This document shows, one piece after another, positions 26,207 to 36,050 of a stretch of 64,000 nt of DNA. The translations under genes and the position numbers were made by a program. Under the pieces are notes generated by a model. The model saw only the letters and a program-made list of their open reading frames with translations. It did not search any database and had not been told where the DNA came from. The stretch's first letter is position 1, and every line of letters starts with the position of its first letter. The stretch is taken from contig JAXLNO010000655.1 in NCBI GenBank assembly GCA_038087875.1, positions 62,001 through 126,000 on the forward strand, given 5' to 3'. This DNA comes from Malacoraja senta (Eukaryota).

Positions 26207-27265
26207 TCAATCTTCGGTCTTATTCACGATGCTCTGGGCGAATTCAAGTGCATCTGTGTGTTCGATGAAAAAATGATCCTTCCGTTCGTAGGTTACTCTT
26301 AATGTTGCGGGATATAACAGTCCATATCTCAAATTGTTTATATTCTTAAGTATTCTTCTTGTTTCTGTAAACAGCGCTCTCTTCTTGGCGACTTCCACAG
26401 GATAATCTCTAAATATACTGATCTTGTCTCCTTCAAATTCGAGGTTTCTGCTTTGAACAATTATCTTCATCATATTATCCAAAACATGGTCATATTGCAC
26501 CTTCACTATCAGTTGTCTTGGAGGGAAGCCCTCCCTTGGGCGACGTCTCGATACTCTGTGCGCTCGGGCAAGTAGTGGCGCTTGATCCAGATTCAAGACT
26601 TTTTTCAGTAGATCTGCAGCAAATTCACGGGGGTCACGATCCCCCTCTCTGCCTTCCTGGACGCCCACAATTCTTAAATTTTGGCGTCTCTGTCGTCCCT
26701 CCAAGTCAATACATTTTTCGGTTATTTGATGCAATAACTTTGATAGGCGTTTATTCTCGGCAATAAGTTTATCAGTAGTTTCCGTGCTCGCCTCAGCAAT
26801 TTCCTCTAATTCCGTTACGACCTGTCGGTGTTGATTTAATGTCTGGAGGATAGGCTCCAACTTAGAATCAAATCTAGATTCCATCGAATTCAGTTTATCA
26901 TTTACTTCTCCAATATTTTGTTTCAAATTTTCTTCCATATCTAACTTCCAATCTTCCAGAACTTCATGTACAGAAGCAGTAACTTCTTCTTTAATTTGTT
27001 CTTTAATTTCCTCTTTTAAAGAAGTCAAATCCTGTTTGAGACTTTTAAATTCTTTCATTATGTTAGAGATTTCCTGTTTGAGGAAGGTTTTTAACTCTTC
27101 CACTTCTGTTTTTTTCTTCTGTGAGATATCTTCTCGGGATGCTGTTAAAACTGAGCCCGAGGCTTCAATTGGGCCTACCTCTTTTCCCTTGCCGGGTTTT
27201 CTCGCCTTGGGGAGGGGGTATGTTGAGTCGACATGCTGCCGGTGTCGCACGCCTGATGACGTCAC
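26207..27265 (-). CDS. L1 ORF1 (coiled coil, RRM, CTD)
   Basis: DLEGRQRRQNLRIVGVQEG, RAHR, ISIFRDY, YGLLYPATLRV. The listed start is GTG; the nearest ATG (27234) is one base out of frame, so the 5' end may be frameshifted. Confidence 0.88.
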   Translation of the reverse strand: MTSSGVRHRQHVDSTYPLPKARKPGKGKEVGPIEASGSVLTASREDISQKKKTEVEELKTFLKQEISNIMKEFKSLKQDLTSLKEEIKEQIKEEVTASVHEVLEDWKLDMEENLKQNIGEVNDKLNSMESRFDSKLEPILQTLNQHRQVVTELEEIAEASTETTDKLIAENKRLSKLLHQITEKCIDLEGRQRRQNLRIVGVQEGREGDRDPREFAADLLKKVLNLDQAPLLARAHRVSRRRPREGFPPRQLIVKVQYDHVLDNMMKIIVQSRNLEFEGDKISIFRDYPVEVAKKRALFTETRRILKNINNLRYGLLYPATLRVTYERKDHFFIEHTDALEFAQSIVNKTED

Positions 27266-27392
27266 GGACTTACTGCAAACAATCGGTGCCGTCTACTGCA
27301 GGTAGGTCCCGTCTTTTTCCCCCGTTTTCAACAGTTTTGTCACGGAGCTAGTCGGCGCGAGTCTCTCCTACTCCATAGCGCCACCGGAAGTC

Positions 27393-28309
27393 CGCCTGAT
27401 AACTTTCTTCAATACACAGTAATGGCATTTGGGATGCGCAATGCGCCGGCAACCTTCCAACGGTTGGTGAACATTGTATTGTCTGGTTTGTCCTTCTGTG
27501 AGGCATACCTTGATGATTTGGTTGTGTGCTCCAGGTCGTAGATCGAACACATCAGTCATCTGAAGGAGGTATTTCATCGTCTAGCGGAGGCAAAACTAAC
27601 AATCAATCTGGGGAAGTGTGAGTTTGGCCAGGCCACGGTAACCTATCTGGGTAAGGTGGTGGGCCGGGGTCAGGTTCGCACTCTCAAGAAAAAGGTGGGG
27701 CATATTGTCGCATTTCCTGCTCCAAACTCGAGGACTGAACTCCGTAGGTATCTGGCTATGGTTGGGTACTATAGGGGATTCTGTCCAAACTTCTCTGCGG
27801 TGGCTGCCCCTTTGATGGATTTGCTGAGTCCGAAGGTAGCTTTTGTGTGGTCCGCAGAGTGTCAACAAGCCTTTCATCAGACTAAACGTCTTCTGGTGCG
27901 CGCACCTGTGCTTGCGGCACCTGATTTTGAGCGTCCATTTAAGCTGGCAGTGGATGCTAGTGATCATGGGGTTGGGGGAGTTCTTCTACAGGATGATTCA
28001 GATGGGGTGGAGCATCCAGTTTCGTACTTCTCTAAGAAGTTTAATCGACATCAGAAGTGGTACTCCACCATTGAGAAAGAAGCCCTAGCTATTTTAATGT
28101 CTCTGAATCATTTCGAGGTTTATGTTGGCTCCTCGAATGTCCCTGTCATCGTACTCACGGATCATAATCCGTTGGTATTTTTGCATAGTATGAAGAATAA
28201 GAACCGGCGGTTAATGAGCTGGAGTTTGCAGCTGCAAGACTACAACCTGGAGGTCAGGCATATCCGTGGCAAGGATAATGTCTTGGCTGACGCCTTGTCG
28301 CGCCAGTAG
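27393..28309 (+). pseudogene. Gypsy RT C-terminal half and RNase H
   Basis: PDNFLQYTVMAFGMRNAPATFQR, YLDD at 27506-27517, an in-frame TAG shortly after, then FKLAVDASDHGVGGVL, YSTIEKEALA, TDHNPL, NVLADALSR. Confidence 0.93.
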
Positions 28310-28394
28310 AGTTTTAGCTCCTGAATAGTTTCTGGGATTTGGTGGTGTTTTTTCTCTCTTCTTCCGAAACTTATTCAGTATCTTTGGGTGGGGG

Positions 28395-28976
28395 TGTTAG
28401 GCGCTTCCCCCCTGGTGAATGCTATGTACTTACCTTTCTCTGTTTCTTTCCCGAGTGCAGGCCTTGTGGATGTGAGTCTGGAATCAAAGGGGTTAAAAGG
28501 CTCCTGTACCCGATTGGCCAAGCTGCATCAGGTGACGGGTGACTCATCTGAAGCATAAATACCAGAACCTCCCAGAATTCTCTCTCTTCTTCGTCGACCC
28601 TGACTTGTGAGCTGACTGCTGGAGTGAGCTGCGGAAGGCCCGGCCACATGGCATAGAACTTTGTGTACTTTCACGATTACTGATTAACAAATATTGCATT
28701 GGGACGGATAACGGCTGACCTTAGGGTTTTCGTGTATTTTGTTTCAGGGTTATATATCTTTAGGCAGGTTTTAGAGTCTCTGGTTCGACGGTCCATCACG
28801 TGGCTGGCTGGAGCACCGTTAAATTGTTTGTCAGTCCATCCATATCCCTGACTGGGTTGTTTGAATCAGGTTTGGGTTTTGTGTTCCATTGAATAATTAA
28901 ACTATTTTTGAACTTGAACCTGGTTCTTGAATTATGTTACGCGGCTCTGAAGTACCTGCATTCGGGAGTCGTAACA
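28395..28976 (+). repeat. 3' LTR of Gypsy element
   Basis: Direct repeat of 16395-16976, preceded by the G-rich PPT GGGTGGGGG. Confidence 0.97.
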
Positions 28977-28980
28977 CCTG

Positions 28981-29600
28981 TTAAAAGTTCCTGTTGTGAA
29001 CAGGATGATTTGGGGCAAGATGGGCAAACAAATGAGAGCCCAGGAGGTGAAGCTCCAGCATATTTTAAAGTTGCTGGCATCTGGCATAACTACCTTTGCC
29101 AGGATGGTGGATGGAGAGGTCATGACAAAATTACAACAAGAGGTGCTGGTGCTATTGTGTGGTGCCCACTTTGAGATCAACTGCCTCCGCAAAACTGCGA
29201 TTAGACCAACCATCAATCCTAAATATGCTTCACTCTGCCAGCCAGGCACAGTGCAACCGGCAAATTTACTGTTTGGCGAGGATTTCGTAAAGCAAGTGAA
29301 GGAGCTGGAGGAGGAGGCCAAGACGGTGGGCTTGACTAAGCAGCCAGCAGCCACATATCCACCGAAGCGGAAGTATCCCTATAAGCGAGGAGACTGGTCC
29401 GGGCAAGGGACGAGTCGAGCTACGATGCAGCGCAGTTGGCGTTCGGCTGTAGCAGCGCCAGGGAAGGTGGGATATCCAGCTCGAGGCCGGGGAAGAATGC
29501 CAGGTGGTAAGGAGGTAAGTGGGTCTGGTTCTCATGTAGACAGATCTAATGTGATACAATTAAAAGTTGGAATTACATCTGTTCTTAGAGGAATGGAAAC
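28981..29600 (+). pseudogene. DIRS copy 1 gag-like ORF, 3' part
   Basis: LKVPVVNRMIWGKM...INPKYASLC...LLFGEDF; in frame with 15714-16394. Confidence 0.8.
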
Positions 29601-31430
29601 AAATTACCTCAGATATGTTTATACTGAAGGTTATTGAAGGGTTTCGAATAAAGCTTAATGCAAATTCTGATTTACCCATGCAACATCTTCCAAAAAGGAG
29701 TTTGACTTCAGTATCACTGAACAATTGGAAGTTCAGGTGGAACTTGCAAGCTTATGTAATAAAGGTGTAATTGCTAAGGCAGTTTACCAAAGCCAACAGT
29801 TTGTGTCCAATATCTTTCCCAGACCAAAAAAGGATGGGGGATGCAGAATTATACTGGACCTGAATAGTCTGAACCCTTTTGTACGGTATAGACCTTTTAA
29901 GATGGAAACGTTTGTGACGGCTAAGCAACTTGTTTCCAGAGGATGCTATATGGCAACTATAGATCTTAAAGATGCAGATTATTCAGTGTCTGTTCATTTG
30001 CAGGATAGAAGATATTTAAAATTCAGCTGGATGGGGCAATTATGGCAATACAATGCACTGCCTAATGGTTTGTCTTCAGCTCCTAGAGTGTTTACAAAGT
30101 TGTTAAAACCTATTCTAGGCATGATGAGAAGTCAAGGGCATGTGCTCATGGCTTAACTAGATAATATCTTGATTGTAGGACAATCAAAGGAAACAGCTGA
30201 AGCATCAGTGGCAGTTGTTAAAAACACTTTTCAAAGATTGGGCTTCATAAGCTATCCAGAGAAATCTAAATTAACACCTGTGACAAAAATGGACTATTTG
30301 GGTTTCACAATAGACTCAATCAACATTATTGTGACCTTGCTGAGGCAAAAAAGGGTAGAGTTAATTGAGAGCTGTATCAAGTTAATTGCTGACACACAGC
30401 CTTCAATTAGCCAGGTGGCGATTCTGCTTGGGAAATTGGTGGCAGCATTTCCAGCAGTTCAATAGTGGCCACTTTATTATCAACAATTACAAAGGTCAAA
30501 GGAACAAGCACTGAGGATACATTTGGGTCATTATAATAGGCCTATGCTTCTATCAGTAGAGGCTGTTGCTGACGAACAATGGTGGATTCAGCATGTGTCC
30601 ACTAGTTGTTCCAAAGTGTTATTGGACCAAGCTTCCATGATTTTGCAGACAGATGTCAGTGCACTTGGGTGGGGTGCTACTGATACAAGATCCAGCTGTG
30701 GAGGCAGATGGACATTGCTTCTGCAAACATGGGGAATTAACCATTTAGAGCTTTTAGGAGTATTTTATGGACTCAAGGCTTATTGCACTAACAAAACTAG
30801 CTTGCAAGTGCAGTGCCAAATAGACAACACTACAGCAGTTGCTTATATTAATCACATGGGTGGAATCAAATCGTTATCATGTGACATGTTGGCAAATCAA
30901 ATTTGGACCTGGTGTATGGATAGAGATATTTGGATTTCAGCTATCTATCTGCCAGGGAAACTTAATGTAGTAGCAGATGCCAGGTCACGAAAATTCCAGT
31001 GATAATACAGAGTGGATGTTGAACCAGGATGTGTTCAAGAACATAGTACTTCTATATCGAATGCCAGATATCGATTTGTTTGCATCCAGGCTTAACCTCC
31101 AGCTGCCAAAATATGTTTCATGGGAACCAGATCCAGGGGCAGTGGCAATTGACGCTTTTTCATTAAATTGGAATGATATGTTTGTGTACATTTTCCCGCC
31201 ATTCTGCCTCATAGGTCGGTGTTTGCAAAAAAAATCAAAAAAAAATCAAGCAGGATGCCGCTTCAGGGGTTTTGGTGGTACCAAATTGCCCAACTCAACC
31301 ATGGTTCCCTTTAATGTTACAGATAGCGATCCAACCTCCTTTGCTGATTCCAAAGAGTAGGAATTTGCTGGAGCATCCTGTAACGCGTGAAGTTCATCCG
31401 TTATGTGATTGATCTGTTAATTTGCAGGTT
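29560..31430 (+). pseudogene. DIRS copy 1 RT, RNase H and adenine-methyltransferase-like domains
   Basis: RPKKDGGCRIILDL, FKMET, IDLKDA, LPNGLSSAPRVFTK, YLDD mutated to *LDN (30154), QTDVS..GWG, INHLEL, DNTTAVAYINHMGG, IDLFASRLN, DAFSLNW, YIFPPF. Multiple stops/frameshifts. Confidence 0.92.
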
Positions 31431-32425
31431 TTAAGAAGGCCTTACATGGGTCGAGGACTTTCTAGGCGAACGATGGATATGCTCACTGCAGCCTGGAGAA
31501 AGAGTAATCAAAAGCAGTATATGACTTATGTAAAAAAATATATATTTAAAAATTGGGAACAATATTGTGTTCAAAAGAATATTCAATATGATACTGTAGT
31601 TATTGAAAATGTGTTAGAGTTTTATCTACACTTTATTATGATGAGGGTCTTAGCTATAGTGCTATCAATACAGCTATAAGTGCTTTGTCCGCATATCTTG
31701 TAATAGGTACACGGACACAAAGTATAGGTTCTCACCCTCTCATATCTAGGTTGATGAAAGGAATCTTTAATTCCAAACCACCTAAGCCTAGGTATATGGT
31801 AAACTGGGATGTAAGCATTGTTCTTAACATGCTTCGTCATTGGGTCCCTGTCACGTCTATGACTTTGTCAAAATTAACCATGAAATTGGCTATGCTAATG
31901 GCATTGCTGTCAGCACAGAGAGTGCAGACTTTGCAAAAACTTCAGTTAGATAGAATGGAAGTGACTACAGAGAATGTTATGTTTTATATTTATGACCTGC
32001 TCAAACAAAGCAGGCCAGGTGTGACAGGATTTAAGATTGTGTTCTCAGCATATCCTACAGATCCATGTTTATGTGTAAGGACACATTTGTTACATTACAT
32101 TGAAGCCACAAGGGCTTTAAGACAAGAAGAAACAGGATTATTTGTCAGTTAGAAGAAGCCACATAAAAGAGTGGCAGTTCAGACTATCTCAAGGTGGTTA
32201 AAGCAAGTGTTGGTTCAGGCAGGAATTAACACTGATGTGTTTACATCTCATTCCACTGGGGCAGCAGCAACATCCGCGGCCAGGGCGATGGACGTTCCCA
32301 TCGACCATATATTAAAAGCCGCAGGGTGGCAAAATGAACTTGTGTTTCAGCAATACTACCATCGGCCGATTGCCGATGGAGGGCTGTTTGCCAACTCAAT
32401 ATTGAGTGCTGTTGCTATTGTTTAA
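31428..32425 (+). pseudogene. DIRS copy 1 tyrosine recombinase
   Basis: HPLISRLMKGIFNSKPPKPRY..WDV, SAQRVQTL, LLKQSRPG, TISRW, HST(G)AAA (HxxR mutated), AAGW, FQQYY. Confidence 0.92.
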
Positions 32426-32619
32426 ATTCTGTTTTCAATACTGTTTAATTCTGTTTCGTTTGTTGTCCCTAAATTAAGAGGGTTTATTGTTTGTTTTATG
32501 ACCAAAAATAAAACTGTTTTTTTTGCATGATATTCAATATCATGCTTATACTCAGTCAATCGATGCAGTGAGAAGCCGGGATTTTGATCTGCGGCATAAA
32601 AATCACAGAGCTTTGAAAT

Positions 32620-32730
32620 CTTCACGTAGTCACTCACGTGACTCTGAAGTAAAATAGTAAGATTAAATGAGAACTTACCAGTTTGAAGTTTGATCTTTAT
32701 TTTATGAGGAGTTACGTTGGTGATTATGTG
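32620..32730 (+). repeat. DIRS copy 1 internal complementary region (ICR)
   Basis: 32620-32654 is complementary to the left terminus; 32655-32730 is complementary to the right terminus (32883-32958). Confidence 0.93.
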
Positions 32731-33342
32731 CCCGCCACGCCCAACCCTGTCTCATAGAAAAAAGGTCATAATGGTAGTTCTCATGTTCCTCATCTTAATA
32801 TGTTACTTCAATTATTGTGTTGTCTGTGATTTCATACCGCTGCTTTGAAGATTGACGCGCATGCGCCCTGACGGGTCTTCTTCACGTAATCACCAACGTA
32901 ACTCCTCATAAAATAAAGATCAAACTTCAAACTGGTAAGTTCTCGTTTAATCTTACTATTAGACCCGCATTCACATTTGTCTCCCGTTCTGGAGAGGATG
33001 GACACCAGGACAACAGGCATTTAAGGCCAAGGTAAGAACGTCCTCTTAAGAAGTTTGCAACTGAGTGGGTGTCGGAAACGTGGCGACTCTTTGTGAACTG
33101 CGCCGGTGAAGTCCACTATTACACTACAATTGTAACACTTTTGTACTTATCTATGATTGTGCTTATCTATAATGATCGTTCCTGAATTGCATGCAAAACA
33201 AAGAATTTCACTGTACCGACTGTGGGTATATGTGACCACACAATATTAATCTTCCCATCAAAATTGGTTATAAGTGGGATGTGTAGAGAATGCCTGTGGT
33301 CTGTCTTTCTCTCTCTGGGCTGGATTAGAAGACTTAAAGGTC

Positions 33343-33648
33343 AGTTTAGTTTAAAGATACAGCGTGAAAACAAGCCCTTCGGCCCATCGAGTCTGTGCCA
33401 ACCAGCGAGCCCTGTACACTGGCACTTATCCCACACACTAGGGACAATTTACAATTTTTACCGGAGCCAATTAACTTACAAACCTGTACGTCTTTGCAGA
33501 GTGGGAGAAACCGGAACACCCGGAGAAAACCCACGCAGTCGCAGGAGAACGTACAAACTCCATACAGACACCACCCGCGGTCAGGATTGAACCCGGGTCT
33601 CTGACGCTGCAAGGCAGCAACTCTACCATTACGCCAACGTGCCGCCCT
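33343..33648 (-). mobile_element. V-SINE (HE1-like)
   Basis: Same family, reverse complement. Confidence 0.85.
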
Positions 33649-34219
33649 GCGGGCATAGGTTTATGGTGAGAGGGGCAAAGTTTAAAGGGTATGTGCGGGG
33701 CAAGTTCTTACACAGTGTGAACGGTGCCTGGAAGGGCGCTGTCAGGGATGGCGATGAGAAGCAGTGGCATTTAAGATGATTTTGGGCAAAGACATGGATA
33801 GGGAGGGAATGGAGGGATATAGATCACATGCATGCACGTGAGATTAGTTTAACTTGGCATCATGTTCGGCATAGACCTTGTGAGCTGAAAGGCCTGTTCA
33901 TGTGCTGCACTCTTCCATGTTCTCTGTTAGCTGTGTGCTATCTGTCTTCTCCTTATATCTAACCATCATTTGTAAAGGCTATCTTCAGAGACAGGCCACA
34001 TGCTGTGGGGAATGCTGATGAGGAACAGCTAATGATAATTTCCCATCAAACACAGTTTAATGCTTTGCCCTCATACTTAAACCCTCTGAATATCAAATGG
34101 TTTCATTCCTCTCAGCCTTCAGAAGGAATTTGATAAATCATTTGTTTCATGAGAGAGAACTGTGACTTCTGACTTTGCAATTTTGGTATCGCTCGTGACC
34201 ATCTCAGACGTGGAACATT

Positions 34220-34630
34220 ACGAAGATGTTGCCAGGACTAGAGTGTCTGAGCTCAAGGGAGAGGTTGAATAGGATGTGACTCTAATCCTTGGAGCGCAGG
34301 GTGGATGAGGGGTGATCTTATAGAAGTGTATAAGATCATGAGAGGAACATATTGGGTAGATGCACAGAGTCTGTTGCCCAGAGTAGGTAAATCGAGGACC
34401 AGAGGATGTAGGTTTAAGGTGAAGGGGAACAGATTTCATAGAAATCTGAGAGATAACTTTTTCACACAAAGGGTGGTGGGTGTATGGAACAGGCTGCCAG
34501 AGGAGGTAGTTGTGGCTGGGACTATCCCAACGTTTAAGAAACTGTTAGACAGGTACGTGGATAGGACAGGTTTGGAGGGATATGGAGCAAACGCACGGAG
34601 GTGGGAATGGTGTAGCTGGGACATGTTGCC
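34220..34630 (+). mobile_element. CR1 LINE 3' fragment
   Basis: MRGDLIEVYKIMRG...RDNFFTQRVVGVWNRLPEEVV. Confidence 0.85.
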
Positions 34631-35058
34631 TGTCCAGCTGAGTTTTGACTCCAGCATTTTGTGTCTATCTTCAGTTTGGTTCCACCTGGCTGAGCTGACC
34701 TTGTAAAGGGACAAGGGAACCAGTGTGAAGACGATCTCATGACTTGTTTTCCTCGTCTGAGCTCTGACCGCTGTACGGAGACGGCCGTTGAAATGACTTC
34801 CCTCCAAATCATTCTCTGCAAGAGATGAGCAATGAAACCTTGTCAGTTGACAAGCTGCACAGGTATCGACGAGGAGTTTGTAATGTCTGACTGAAAAGAC
34901 CGTCAACTGCTTGTAATCGATATCAATTAGTTATCTGAAGGGACAGAGTGCAACTTACTGCCTCATTACAAGAAAAAATGTGGAGGCTTTGAAGAGGGTG
35001 CAGGCGAGGTTTACCCGAATGCTGCCAGGGTTAAAAGCTAATATCTATAAGGAGAGAT

Positions 35059-35400
35059 AGTGAGAGAGGGTGTTGCAGGACTCTGGTCGGGGAGAAAAGG
35101 AGATCCTCTTCAAAGTAGGCATACCTTGAGGAGATTTCGCAGTGGAGCAGACAAAATGCATAGGAAGGAACTGCAGATGCTGGTTTATACCTACGATAGA
35201 CACAAAATGCTGGGGTAACTCAGCAGTTCAGGCAGCATCTCTGGAGAAAAAAAGTATGTGGCGTTTGGGTCTGAAGAAGGCTTCCAACCTGAAAGTCACC
35301 TATTCTTTTCCTCCAGAGATGCTGCCTGACCTGCTGAGTTACTCCAGCATTTTGAGTCTATCTTTGGTATAAAACCAGCACCTCCAGTTCCTTCCTACAC
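35059..35400. mobile_element. Penelope-like fold-back unit inserted in a CR1 fragment
   Basis: About 240-bp imperfect palindrome at 35158-35400; TAAGGAGAGAT duplicated at 35048-35058 and 35404-35414. Confidence 0.65.
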
Positions 35401-35709
35401 CTTTAAGGAGAGATTGGGCAAACTTGCTTTCTTTGGAGTGTCGGTTGTTGAGGGGACCTGATAGAGGTCATAGCTTTAAAGGAAGATGTGTAGGGCACGT
35501 TTTTTACAGTGAGCGATGGATGCCTGGAACGTGCTGCCAGGGATGGTGGTGGAGACAGATACGATAGTGGTGTTTAGGAGGCTTTTAGGTAGATACATGA
35601 ATAAGCAGAGAATGGTGGAATATGGATTAGATGTTGGCAATGAAGATTGGTTTTAGCTGGCATCTTGTTCGGCATGGACATTGTGGACTGAAGGGTCTTT
35701 TCCCTGTGC

Positions 35710-36015
35710 TTTAGTTTTTAGTTTAGAGATACAGTGCGGAAACAGGCCATTCGGCCCACCAAGTCTGCGCCGATCAGCGATCACTCCGCACACTAACACT
35801 ATCCTACACACTAGGGACAATTTACAATTTCTACCAAAGCCAATGAACCTACAAACCTCTACGTCTTTGGAGCGTGGGAGGAAATCGGAGCACCGAGAGA
35901 AAGCCCACATGGTCAAGGGGTTAACGTACAAACTCTGCACAGACAGTATCCAGTCAAGATCGAACCCAGGTCTCTGGCGCTGTAAGGCAGCAACTCTGCC
36001 GATACATCACCATGC
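35710..36015 (-). mobile_element. V-SINE (HE1-like)
   Basis: Same family, reverse complement. Confidence 0.8.
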
Positions 36016-36050
36016 TACAGTTGACATAAATATGACTGAAGCTGGCAGAA

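Larger units (their letters stand above)
21240..27392 (-). mobile_element. Full-length L1-clade LINE (6.15 kb)
   Basis: 16-bp TSD CGCCTGATAACTTTCT (21224-21239, 27393-27408); 5' end GACTTCCGGTGGCG; ORF1, about 810-bp spacer, ORF2, AATAAA, A-run then (TAA)n tail. Confidence 0.97.
16395..28976 (+). mobile_element. Gmr1-type Ty3/Gypsy LTR retrotransposon (about 5.96 kb without nested L1s), defective
   Basis: Two 582-bp TG...CA LTRs, PBS, PPT, 4-bp TSD TCTG/CCTG (1 mismatch), domain order gag-PR-IN-RT-RH. Confidence 0.95.
15535..32960 (+). mobile_element. DIRS1-type tyrosine-recombinase retrotransposon, copy 1 (about 4.84 kb after removing the nested Gypsy)
   Basis: Left end TTTTACTTTGGAGTCACGTGAGCGACTACGTGAAG..., inverted copy at 32853-32888, internal complementary region at 32620-32730, gag/RT/RNaseH/methyltransferase/YR remnants, ATT at both junctions. 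Confidence 0.93.

Noticed and set aside
16395..28395. LTR starts exactly 12,000 bp apart, suggesting an artificial construct
   Set aside because: Every internal junction has a natural TSD and the LTRs differ at 12 sites; treated as coincidence.
31428..32425. Phage integrase or bacterial contamination (YR plus Dam-like MTase)
   Set aside because: Embedded in a DIRS element with RT/RNaseH and ICR, contiguous with vertebrate repeats.
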